Positions 9,238 through 17,658 of a stretch of 26,019 bases of DNA are shown here, one piece after another (position 1 is the stretch's first letter; every line of letters starts with the position of its first letter). The stretch comes from Pseudobdellovibrionaceae bacterium (GTDB lineage: Bacteria; Bdellovibrionota; Bdellovibrionia; Bdellovibrionales; Bdellovibrionaceae). The stretch is taken from assembly GCA_044359815.1 (NCBI GenBank), contig JBIKLL010000034.1:1-26019 (forward strand). Direction: 5' to 3'. The notes under the pieces were generated by a model. The model was not told the origin of the DNA, did no database searches, and worked only from the letters and a program-made list of their open reading frames with translations. The position numbers and the translations under genes were made by a program.

Positions 9238-9675
9238 TTAAGAATTAAAAAACACAAAATAAAGCAACAGGCTGTGGGCAGACCACAACAGGGTGCGGGG
9301 CCAATTGGTAAACACTAATTTTTTATGCAATTCGGGATTCCAAGTGGTTGCCAGTTTATTGTGAATGGGCACTGAAACTAAAAAGGTTAAGGCAAAGTTT
9401 GCCAGGCTTAGTCCCAACCATAAATAATTAAACTGACTGACCCAAAAGCTGGTTGCCAATTGTAAAATCATTGTGGGCCCAACGACGTAAGTTATTTTGT
9501 TGGAATGTTCTAGATGAAATTCTGCAAAAAAATCAGGGTGAACTTTGGACATTAATGGGTAATGGACAACCTGAATGATCCAAATTACGCCAGTCATAAA
9601 ATAAACTGAAAAAATGTGTAAACCATCGATGTTAATTGGCAGCTGGTTTAAAAATGCAAAACTGTCTGTGTTCAT
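9238..9675 (-). CDS. Integral membrane hypothetical protein
   Basis: About four hydrophobic segments with GVIWIIQVVHYP, VPIHNKL and NWPRT. The start overlaps the stop of the upstream gene. Confidence 0.75.
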   Translation of the reverse strand: MNTDSFAFLNQLPINIDGLHIFSVYFMTGVIWIIQVVHYPLMSKVHPDFFAEFHLEHSNKITYVVGPTMILQLATSFWVSQFNYLWLGLSLANFALTFLVSVPIHNKLATTWNPELHKKLVFTNWPRTLLWSAHSLLLYFVFFNS

Positions 9676-10502
9676 AAAAAATATTTTTCTGGATTTTCAA
9701 AAACCTGTTTGAATTTTTGATTCATGGCAGCTGCGTGGACTCCATCCATAAATCTGTGATCAAAGGTCACACCAATTTTTACCGTGGGCCTGGCCAAAAC
9801 CTGATCATTTACAACTACGGGTCTGGTTTGCACGGCTCCCACAGTTAACAATAGCGGAACCCGTGTAAAGGGTATCAGTGGAGCCCAGGCGACCTCTAAA
9901 CCCAAACTGCCCACGTTGGTAATCATGCAGGATCCAAAAGCGTCTTTGGGCATTCCTGCCCAGGCCATCGAAATCCCTAAATCATAATTTATATAAGCTG
10001 AAATATTTAAAACCCATTTCATCAATGACCAAGGAACCTTGGACAGCACTGAAATTGAATGGGTCAGCTCACCCCTTTGTTCCTGTCTGAGTGCTGAGGC
10101 CTTGGTGTGCAGTTGTTGCGCGATTTCTGTAAGGCTTAGGTTTTCAGCCTGTCTGACTGTACAACCGGTCAATGCAGCAGTGCCCACTGGGTCAGGGGAT
10201 TTGCCAGGTATATTGACCTGATAAAACAAATCCACGTGGGATCTTTGGTAAATTTTGTTACAGCGAATCAGTCCATTGATTTCGGGCCTTTCGGTTAAAC
10301 AAATGGATATGGCTTTACCGACTAAATGGGCAGGAGTGATGTTTGAAAATTGTGCGTGGGATTTTAAAAAATCCAAAGTCTTAGTCATGTCAATTTCGAT
10401 CAATCCGTACACCGAGGGATCGCCCGCATTCCACCAGCTTCCCATGGCAATTTTTCGAAACACGGATTTTGTTTGGCTGACTTTCCAGTTTTGAGCGCTC
10501 AT
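9672..10502 (-). CDS. 2-oxoacid dehydrogenase E2-type acyltransferase, catalytic domain only
   Basis: ITNVGSLG and catalytic TFDHRFMDG; no lipoyl domain. Confidence 0.85.
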   Translation of the reverse strand: MSAQNWKVSQTKSVFRKIAMGSWWNAGDPSVYGLIEIDMTKTLDFLKSHAQFSNITPAHLVGKAISICLTERPEINGLIRCNKIYQRSHVDLFYQVNIPGKSPDPVGTAALTGCTVRQAENLSLTEIAQQLHTKASALRQEQRGELTHSISVLSKVPWSLMKWVLNISAYINYDLGISMAWAGMPKDAFGSCMITNVGSLGLEVAWAPLIPFTRVPLLLTVGAVQTRPVVVNDQVLARPTVKIGVTFDHRFMDGVHAAAMNQKFKQVFENPEKYFL

Positions 10503-10607
10503 CAGTTAATCATTGGTAATACGGATCAAATTAGCAAGACGATAATTCACGATGCAAAGGTGAAGCTTGACTGTTGTTGCTGCTGATCGGAAAACTGGTG
10601 GCCTAAA

Positions 10608-11447
10608 ATGAATCATAAATCTGGAATGCTTTATATACCCAAGTTTTTAAATGCCTCGGACCGCCAGGTGTTTGTCAGTTATTTGACAAGCCTTTATCCG
10701 ATTTGGGAAATGAGATTTTCAAAATCCAATCCTCCACCAGAAAATGAACCCAACCGTCAATTACTAAGACCTGTTTATTGGTTGGGTAATTGGCAATTTG
10801 CTTGTTTAAATTATTATCATCCGCCCAAAGGCATTCAAAATCGCTGTGTGCTGGCAGAAAGCTTTCCAGATTTTATGCAGGCCGTAGTTTCTAAAATCGA
10901 AAGCCTGGTGTTATCGCATTTTGATCAAAGGGATGTTCCCTACAAGTGGCATTTAAATACTTGTTTGATCAATTATTACGGTGATCATTTGGTTAATGGT
11001 AAAAAAACCGATTGCGCCAGGGTTGGCGAACACAAAGATTTTGAACCGGGACCGGTCGCATCGATTTCGTTTGGCGAAAGGGCCATGTTTCAGTTTGTGG
11101 AAAGCCGGTCCAAGGCTGACCAAAGCAAAGTGGTACAGCAAATGTGGCTTGAAGACTGTTCGCTGCAGATTTTTGGTGGCGACAGGTACAAAAAAAGACT
11201 GTTTCACAGGGTTCAACGGGTTGAGCGAAAGCTGGGTCAGCTTTTTACCACAAATACCGATGGCTTTGAAACCCGCAGGATCAATCTGACTTTTAGGTTT
11301 GTGCCCAGGGACCACATTCAAGAGCTACACAGGTTTCCTGAAAACCTGCAACAAGATGTCGCGCCCTACATCGCACAGCTGGCCAGACAGTCAGAGTTTT
11401 TCAAACTGGCTCAGCATAGCATCAATGCAGAAAAATTTAAAATCTAA
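10608..11447 (+). CDS. AlkB-like 2OG-Fe(II) dioxygenase
   Basis: NTCLINYY, HKD facial-triad start, ASISFG, distal H in LFHRV, and RRINLTFR. Confidence 0.85.
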   Translation: MNHKSGMLYIPKFLNASDRQVFVSYLTSLYPIWEMRFSKSNPPPENEPNRQLLRPVYWLGNWQFACLNYYHPPKGIQNRCVLAESFPDFMQAVVSKIESLVLSHFDQRDVPYKWHLNTCLINYYGDHLVNGKKTDCARVGEHKDFEPGPVASISFGERAMFQFVESRSKADQSKVVQQMWLEDCSLQIFGGDRYKKRLFHRVQRVERKLGQLFTTNTDGFETRRINLTFRFVPRDHIQELHRFPENLQQDVAPYIAQLARQSEFFKLAQHSINAEKFKI

Positions 11448-11572
11448 AGGACTATTCTTATTTAAAAAGGTCACGGCCTCCAGCCTCTGCCGCTCGGGCA
11501 AAGCCCCCGCCATCCATGGCTCCGCGGAGAACCTTTTTAAATAAGAATAGTCCTTTAGATTTTAAATTTTTC
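11430..11572. repeat. Palindromic element type 2: 42-bp perfect AT-rich arms around a 59-nt GC-rich core
   Basis: 11430-11471 is the exact reverse complement of 11531-11572. The core contains the GCCATCCATGGC and GGGCAAAGCCC hairpins. Confidence 0.9.
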
Positions 11573-11686
11573 AACCCTGAGGCTTATGACTAGGTCATTT
11601 GATAAAATCTAAAAAAGATCTGGCGCCACTGTGCATGAATTAGGCTTTAGCTTTAAGAATAAGCAAAAAAGCCGGATAATAAATGG

Positions 11687-12409
11687 GTGCAGACAGAATT
11701 TATATTATACAAAGATTTAAAGATTTTTATTAAGCGAAAGCCCAGGCAAAAAAGGCTTTACCTGTATGTAAAACCAGGCGGGCTGATTTTAGTCTCGGCT
11801 GCAAAATCCACCAGCAGCCCAATGATAAAAAGTTTTGTGGCTAAAAACGAACCTTGGCTTAAAAAGTCTTTGGATAAAATGCAGAATGTTGTGCCAGCAG
11901 AAGTTATTCAGATTTGTGATGGTGCCATGGTATTGTTTATGGGCTCCAGCTACAAATTGTCGGTGCAAAAATCTGGTAAAAATAATGTTTTTATCGATCA
12001 GGCAGCTGCTGAAAAAATTATTTGTATGGAATCCAGAAAAACAGATCCTACCAGTCTGAAAAAGCAGTTACGAGAATTTTATAAAACCAGTGCCGAGAAT
12101 TTGTATCAGGAATTGGTTCAAAAGCTTAGCCGGCATTTGAATCTGAAAATTTCCAGAGTCCGCGTTGCCAACCAAAGATCCCGTTGGGGCAGCTGTTCGT
12201 CAGCAGGTGTGATATCGTTAAATTTGAAACTGATGGCAGCACCTGTTGATTCAATTATTTATGTGGTGATCCATGAGGTATGTCATTTGATCCATCCTAA
12301 TCATGGGCCGGGATTTTGGAAGCAGGTTGAAAAGCTTATGCCCCATTATCAGGTCCACGAAAAATGGCTAAAAGACCACGCACGCGATTTAGATTTTTTA
12401 AATGACTGA
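11687..12409 (+). CDS. YgjP/DUF45 (SprT-like, M48) metal-dependent hydrolase
   Basis: QRSRWGSCS and YVVIHEVCHLIHPNHGPGFW. Confidence 0.9.
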   Translation: MQTEFILYKDLKIFIKRKPRQKRLYLYVKPGGLILVSAAKSTSSPMIKSFVAKNEPWLKKSLDKMQNVVPAEVIQICDGAMVLFMGSSYKLSVQKSGKNNVFIDQAAAEKIICMESRKTDPTSLKKQLREFYKTSAENLYQELVQKLSRHLNLKISRVRVANQRSRWGSCSSAGVISLNLKLMAAPVDSIIYVVIHEVCHLIHPNHGPGFWKQVEKLMPHYQVHEKWLKDHARDLDFLND

Positions 12410-12410
12410 A

Positions 12411-12458
12411 GGTTTTGACCACGTACGGTTTTGGCAGTGTCGGGTTTTGACCGCGTCA
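12411..12458 (+). repeat. Imperfect 16-bp tandem repeat x3
   Basis: GGTTTTGACCACGTAC / GGTTTTGGCAGTGTCG / GGTTTTGACCGCGTCA. Confidence 0.7.
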
Positions 12459-12514
12459 GAAATTTTGAAATTCATTTGTAGCCTAGTGACGAAATTAATC
12501 TTTATAATATTCTT

Positions 12515-13606
12515 ATGGGGATTCTGAAAAATTTAAAAAAATGTCTGCCTATAATTTGGATTTTGATTTTTCCGCTTTCATTGTGGGGGCAGTATTTACC
12601 AGTTGGAATGTATGAAGGATTTTTAGGAAATTCTGGCACTGCGATGACTGACAGCAAGGCCGCCAGTTTTTATAATCCCAGTTTGTTGTTGGAAAAAAAG
12701 GATTCCAGTTTTTCACTGGGTGGATCGACGTTTTCCAGCTACAGAATCAATTCTGCTTTTGGCAGTGAGCGCAGTACGGCCTTTGCCCCCAGTTATTTGG
12801 GTTCAGTGATTGTGGGGACCAATTTAGTCCATGAGTTTTTTTATTGGACAACAGGTGACATCAAGCTGTCGCTGGCTCAGGAATCAGCATCAGAAAATCT
12901 GACCCATGATTATTCCAATTCAGAGTCTGCACTGGGATATTCTATGGCTTTCAGGTCAGTGCCTCTGGCGATGCAGTTTGGATTAAAGTATGCTGAAAGT
13001 CAGAATGATACTCTGCAAATCCTGAAAGACCCCACAAACAATGTGACTGAAACAATTCAATCCCGATCAGAAATTCAAAGTGCGATATTTTTATTTGGGA
13101 TGTCGACCTTTCAAAGATTTGGTGGCTATGGTTTGGGGTTTCAGGTGCAGCCAAACAGGCTTAAGCTTTTTGAAAATAAAAAAATGAACAGCAGATCCAC
13201 CAGACATTCAGGCACCAGCATTGTTGATTCAACTTCAGATGGCGCTGTGCAAAGTTCATTGCCAGGCGTGATGATCAGGATAGGGCATTCGTTCAGAACC
13301 CACAGTCATGAGTTTTTAACAGACACAGTGCTGAATGAAAGCATTGCTGGATCTGATTCCTATAAAACCAGGCAGAGTTTTGGTTATCGATTTATTGGTA
13401 ATGATGTGTGGGAGTATTTTTGTGGCTTGAATCGAGGGATTGGCAAAAATTCTTTGAGTTTTTCAGAAGACCAATATGTGTCCACTGGGTTTTCTTGGCG
13501 AACCAGGGCCTCGCGATCCGCTGTAGGAATCTATTATTCCAAAAATGAAACTGATGTGTTGTTTGAATCCACGGGATTAAATTTTTCAACCGAGTTTACT
13601 TACTGA
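12515..13606 (+). CDS. Putative outer-membrane beta-barrel protein (FadL/OmpP1-like N-terminus)
   Basis: Signal peptide; GNSGTA..D..ASFYNPSLL resembles the FadL hatch NPA motif; aromatic C-terminus (EFTY). Confidence 0.6.
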   Translation: MGILKNLKKCLPIIWILIFPLSLWGQYLPVGMYEGFLGNSGTAMTDSKAASFYNPSLLLEKKDSSFSLGGSTFSSYRINSAFGSERSTAFAPSYLGSVIVGTNLVHEFFYWTTGDIKLSLAQESASENLTHDYSNSESALGYSMAFRSVPLAMQFGLKYAESQNDTLQILKDPTNNVTETIQSRSEIQSAIFLFGMSTFQRFGGYGLGFQVQPNRLKLFENKKMNSRSTRHSGTSIVDSTSDGAVQSSLPGVMIRIGHSFRTHSHEFLTDTVLNESIAGSDSYKTRQSFGYRFIGNDVWEYFCGLNRGIGKNSLSFSEDQYVSTGFSWRTRASRSAVGIYYSKNETDVLFESTGLNFSTEFTY

Positions 13607-13631
13607 TTATTATTTTTAACTTGCCGATTCG

Positions 13632-13900
13632 CTGTGGTTAACTTGAATTTTAAAAAAATATTTCTTTGTTTCTATACCTTTTGAATACTTGCTAACGGCC
13701 GCAAGCTCATCTCTCGTATTGTGTCATGGGGTTATTGATTTATCCCGAATATCAAAAGGTATTTATATTTTACTTTGAAAATCAATAACCCCATGACACA
13801 ACACCAGATATGCGGCGATAAATTAACCGTCGCGCTCGCAAATGTATTCAAAAGGTATAGAAACAAAGAAATATTTTTTTAAAATTCAATTTAACCGCAG
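13632..13900. repeat. Modular palindromic element, copy 3 (single unit)
   Basis: 46-bp perfect arms 13643-13688/13844-13889; A 13689-13721; 23-bp perfect inner arms 13719-13741/13779-13801; B' 13799-13843. Confidence 0.95.
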
Positions 13901-13983
13901 GCAAGCGGGCCAGCTGGTGATAATCTTGTCTGTAAGTTATCGAAAAAAATTTGGTGAAACTGTGGCAGCCTTAAGAAAGCAGT

Positions 13984-14508
13984 TCACAACTCTAATTCAT
14001 AAACCCAATTAAGGCTTTCTGTGGTGGCCAGTTTAAACATTTTTGTACCGATTTTCTTAAAACCACTTTTTTCATAAAACCGAATTGCGGGTTCGTTCAG
14101 GGTATAGACGTTGAGCCATAAGGATTTAAAACCTTGCTGTTTCAAAATTATTTTGGTCTGGTCTAAAACTGCAGACCCGACTCCGTGGCCAGTTTGATTT
14201 TTAAGTAAGTAAAATCTTTCGATTTGAATGGTAGGTGAGTTCACAGTGGGTAGCTCTGGCAATATTGGATTGATTTTGACGTATCCAATAGGATTGTTGT
14301 CTTTTTTAACTATGTAAAATTGAAAGTTTTTGTCATCCAGTTCACTGAATATCTGAGTTTCTGAAAATGCTTTTTCAATGTATTTAAGTCTTTCAAGGTT
14401 TTTTTCTGGCTCGTATATTGAATGAGCCTCCAGCCAAGACTGAGCGCCTATTTTACAAATCAGATTGCAATCACTGATTGATGCTTTAATTAATACTATT
14501 GAATTCAT
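13984..14508 (-). CDS. GNAT family N-acetyltransferase (PaiA-like)
   Basis: IERFYLL..QTGHGVGS acetyl-CoA motif and LWLNV...NEPAIRFYEKSGF. The start is placed at MNSIVL (14508) to avoid overlap with the PAP2 gene. Confidence 0.85.
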   Translation of the reverse strand: MNSIVLIKASISDCNLICKIGAQSWLEAHSIYEPEKNLERLKYIEKAFSETQIFSELDDKNFQFYIVKKDNNPIGYVKINPILPELPTVNSPTIQIERFYLLKNQTGHGVGSAVLDQTKIILKQQGFKSLWLNVYTLNEPAIRFYEKSGFKKIGTKMFKLATTESLNWVYELEL

Positions 14509-14560
14509 AGGATTTCGTATATCCGAACTTTTAGCAGATTTAAAGCCGTGACAATTATTT

Positions 14561-15253
14561 TTAAAATACAAAACTGACCGAGGCACCAGAAAGCTTTCCC
14601 TGTTGGAAATCCAAAACCGGCATGCTTATTCGGTGGTGTTTAAACCCTGCGCGACCGAAAAAAATTCCCAGTGTAGAGCCAGCAACAACATCACTGAGCC
14701 AATGTTTGTCGTCAGCAATTCTGGACAAACCTGTCAGTGCGGCCATTCCCCAAAACGGAAGGGCTGTTTTGATGCCGTAGGATTCTGTCATGCTGGTGGC
14801 CAAGGAAAAAGCTGCCTGTGAATGCCCTGAAGGCATGGATACGTTTTCGCTTTTGTCAGGGCGTTCCCGCCTTATTGAATATTTAAAAACCTGCACGACA
14901 GCTGAGCCCATTAAAAAGCCCTCGGTGGCTGGGATTCCGTTTTTTGGATCCCAATAAATCTGACCGGCCAAGATCAATACTGAACCTTGACCCCAGTAAT
15001 CACCAATACGCGAAACACTGGAGTGCATTTGTTGATTGTTTGTCCAGGAATCCCTGACGGGATTTTCAGTTTGATGAGCCAGGACTGTTAACGCCATCCC
15101 TGTCCCCAATATCCACAGGCCTGTTTTATCAGCAGAGTCCAAAAATGTTTTTTGGGCATGGGTTGGCAAACTGTGTAAATCAATACCGTCTTGAGCCAAG
15201 GCGGCAGAGCCTATAAAAACCAAATGGGCAAAAATCATTAAAATGCGCATCAA
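14561..15253 (-). CDS. PAP2-family phosphatase
   Basis: K..IRRERP, SMPSGHS and SRIADDKHWLSDV motifs. Confidence 0.9.
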   Translation of the reverse strand: MMRILMIFAHLVFIGSAALAQDGIDLHSLPTHAQKTFLDSADKTGLWILGTGMALTVLAHQTENPVRDSWTNNQQMHSSVSRIGDYWGQGSVLILAGQIYWDPKNGIPATEGFLMGSAVVQVFKYSIRRERPDKSENVSMPSGHSQAAFSLATSMTESYGIKTALPFWGMAALTGLSRIADDKHWLSDVVAGSTLGIFFGRAGFKHHRISMPVLDFQQGKLSGASVSFVF

Positions 15254-15357
15254 AATAAATTAATGCTTAATCAATAATTTTTCATCTGAAATCTGGTTTC
15301 AAATGGTGACAAAAAATTAAACTTGGATCAGTCTGTCTGCAGACGTTTGGGGGATAA

Positions 15358-15846
15358 GTGAAAATTTTAATAGCAGCAGTGATATCATTATTTTTTAGCG
15401 TAAAGGGGTTTGCCGTGGATTTAAAACAGTATCAGGGAAAAGTCGTTTTGGTGGTCAACATTGCAACCAGATGTGGGTACACAGGCCAATTGGAAGGGCT
15501 TGAGGCTATTTACAAAAAATACCAACAACAGGGTTTAGTGGTATTAGGTGTTCCTAGCAATGATTTTGGGTCACAAACTCCTGAGGTTGATGAAGAGGTC
15601 AAGAAATTTTGCAAGCTCAATTACGGTGTGAGCTTTCCGCTGACAGCAAAAACCGTTGTCAAAGGTTCTGGCAAAGATCCTGTGATTGCAGAGTTATTGA
15701 AAGCCAGTGGGAATAAAGAAATCGAATGGAATTTCGAAAAATTTTTGGTTAATCGATCAGGCCAGGTCACCGAGAGATTTTCATCCAAGGTCACGCCTCA
15801 GGATTCTAAATTAGTGTCAGCAATTGAAGCGGCTCTGAAAAAGTAA
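15358..15846 (+). CDS. Glutathione peroxidase family protein (Cys-type, likely exported)
   Basis: VNIATRCGYTGQ, GVPSNDFGSQ and WNFEKFLV. Confidence 0.92.
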   Translation: MKILIAAVISLFFSVKGFAVDLKQYQGKVVLVVNIATRCGYTGQLEGLEAIYKKYQQQGLVVLGVPSNDFGSQTPEVDEEVKKFCKLNYGVSFPLTAKTVVKGSGKDPVIAELLKASGNKEIEWNFEKFLVNRSGQVTERFSSKVTPQDSKLVSAIEAALKK

Positions 15847-15896
15847 GTTTGTTTGAATTGCTTTAGTCCCAATAGATTTTTACTGATTGAATTTTA

Positions 15897-17402
15897 CTAT
15901 TTTAATCCCGGCTTGCTTTGAGATTTAGGCTTCAAAAGGGGGTTGTCAGTTGGTTTTTGAACTGGGTCTTTTTCGCGGGGTTCGCTGAATTTAAAAGTAT
16001 CTTCAGTTCTTTTGACCCAAACCAAGGGTCTGATTTGTGGGTTGGCTTTTGCTTTTTCAATCAATTCACAATCCTTTGAATGCAGTTCCTGATAGCTCAT
16101 GGGGCTGCAGTTGTTATAAGCAAATCGCGATCCTATGATGTGTTGAGATTGTGTCCACTGAAAATCCAACATCCAAGTTTTAATCCGGTGTTTTATTCTT
16201 TTACAACTTTCTGGAGCGATAGTAGGTGGACAAGGTTTAGTAAATATTTTTTGCAAATCAAACTCGGTACGGCCAAACAGATTAACATTTTTATTGCCAG
16301 GAATATCATCGCTATTACCACAATTGTTTTTATAAAAACTAGGATCGACCATATTGAGATAATATGAAACCTCTTTATTTCTTTCGATTCTGTTCATTTC
16401 AGAATTGTTCTTATTCAAATCTATTAGCTTTGCGTAATGTTCTTTTACTTTTGAAATCCCCTGTGAGTCTTTGTTATCAGGGGCGATCGGAGATAAAAGC
16501 ATATTGCACAGTCGTCGGCCCCTGTAAATGGATGCAGATGTTCCCGCAATCATCTCTAGTCCTAAACCCGTGGGTTCTGTAAAACCATTTTGTACCATTA
16601 AACAGCTGGAATAAGCGCTGGCAATAAAGTGATAGGATTTTGAGCTTAAGTTTTCTGCCCCTGTTTTTGGATGCATGGTTTTACCCAATCTGTTTTTAAA
16701 AGTTTCAGCAATATCCACACCGGGTAATGAATTGGCCAAAAAGAAAACTGAATTTTTTTTAGGACACTCCATCCTCATATAGTCTTTGATATAAATGTTG
16801 TTGCTCAAATCATCATGACCGCAAACGTTCAGGATTTTTAAAGCTAAATTTTTATTGTTATTAGAGTATTTTAAAGCCAATTCCCAAAGCCACCCCTCTT
16901 TGGGCATCCCGGGGCTACCTGCGGATTGAGTTAACTTTGAAAAGTTTGGGTTCCCAATCGGCTTCATTTTAATGATTTCTTGGTTCTCTAGTTCTTTGAT
17001 TTTTTGATAGAAATTGTAGGTCAGCTCACTAAAGCAAGAATTGTTTTTTAGCTCCTTGCGATTATAGTTCAAAATCCCTTCGTTGTTTCCAGCGCTGACT
17101 TCGGTCCCCAAAAGTTTCATATATTCGGTCAAAGCTTTTTTATAAGGAAGATTATTTAAAGCAAAGTCTTGTGCGTCTTCAATACTCATGGCGGGTTTGC
17201 GATCCTCAAGTGTTGGCATGGCTTCTTGGGCCGTGCCCCAGTCGGCAGTTCCCCAATCTGTGGAATCTTCGTCTGCGTTTTTGGCAGCAGCAATCACTGT
17301 GTCTTTGATTTCTGTTTTTAGGGTGTTGTTTCTGGCAACCAAAACCAGTGCTATCAAAGCAAAAAGCGCTAGCATATTGAGTCTGGGTTTATTGCTATAC
17401 AT
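15897..17402 (-). CDS. Hypothetical N-terminally anchored or exported protein
   Basis: 501-aa ORF with a hydrophobic N-terminal segment; no recognised domain. Confidence 0.7.
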   Translation of the reverse strand: MYSNKPRLNMLALFALIALVLVARNNTLKTEIKDTVIAAAKNADEDSTDWGTADWGTAQEAMPTLEDRKPAMSIEDAQDFALNNLPYKKALTEYMKLLGTEVSAGNNEGILNYNRKELKNNSCFSELTYNFYQKIKELENQEIIKMKPIGNPNFSKLTQSAGSPGMPKEGWLWELALKYSNNNKNLALKILNVCGHDDLSNNIYIKDYMRMECPKKNSVFFLANSLPGVDIAETFKNRLGKTMHPKTGAENLSSKSYHFIASAYSSCLMVQNGFTEPTGLGLEMIAGTSASIYRGRRLCNMLLSPIAPDNKDSQGISKVKEHYAKLIDLNKNNSEMNRIERNKEVSYYLNMVDPSFYKNNCGNSDDIPGNKNVNLFGRTEFDLQKIFTKPCPPTIAPESCKRIKHRIKTWMLDFQWTQSQHIIGSRFAYNNCSPMSYQELHSKDCELIEKAKANPQIRPLVWVKRTEDTFKFSEPREKDPVQKPTDNPLLKPKSQSKPGLK

Positions 17403-17409
17403 ACTGATT

Positions 17410-17436
17410 TTATCGGAATTATGTATTCAAATTTGA
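17410..17436 (-). promoter_or_regulatory. Putative sigma28 (FliA) promoter
   Basis: Minus strand reads TCAA-N15-TCCGATAA directly upstream of the 501-aa gene. Confidence 0.55.
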
Positions 17437-17658
17437 TACAAAATTACGGGGGAAAGATCATGGATCTGGACGTTGCTTTGCCAGATCCTTAAAGCAGGAT
17501 TCGGGCGCTAACCAGTTACGGTTTTAAGGTATGAAAACATTGGTTTCTCAGTACTTAGGTCTGAAGGCCGGTATTGATGTCTTTGTCGAATGTCCTTAGA
17601 GTTACCGGAAACCAATGTTCACAGAAATTAAGCTTTATTAAAACGCTAGCACTGACTA

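Noticed and set aside
11299..11544. 81-aa ORF and the other short overlapping or antisense ORFs in the track
   Set aside because: These are shadow frames of well-supported genes or read-through into palindromes, with no motifs.
1..13900. CRISPR array interpretation of repeated cores with variable ~40-nt intervening segments
   Set aside because: The intervening segments are reverse complements of each other, the repeats alternate in type and orientation, copies are dispersed, and no cas genes are present.
14509..14586. N-terminal extension of the GNAT ORF
   Set aside because: It overlaps the PAP2 gene; the GNAT fold starts at MNSIVL.
17229..17258. DWGTA-DWGTA peptide duplication in the 501-aa protein
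   Set aside because: Only two units with diverged codons; too little to interpret.
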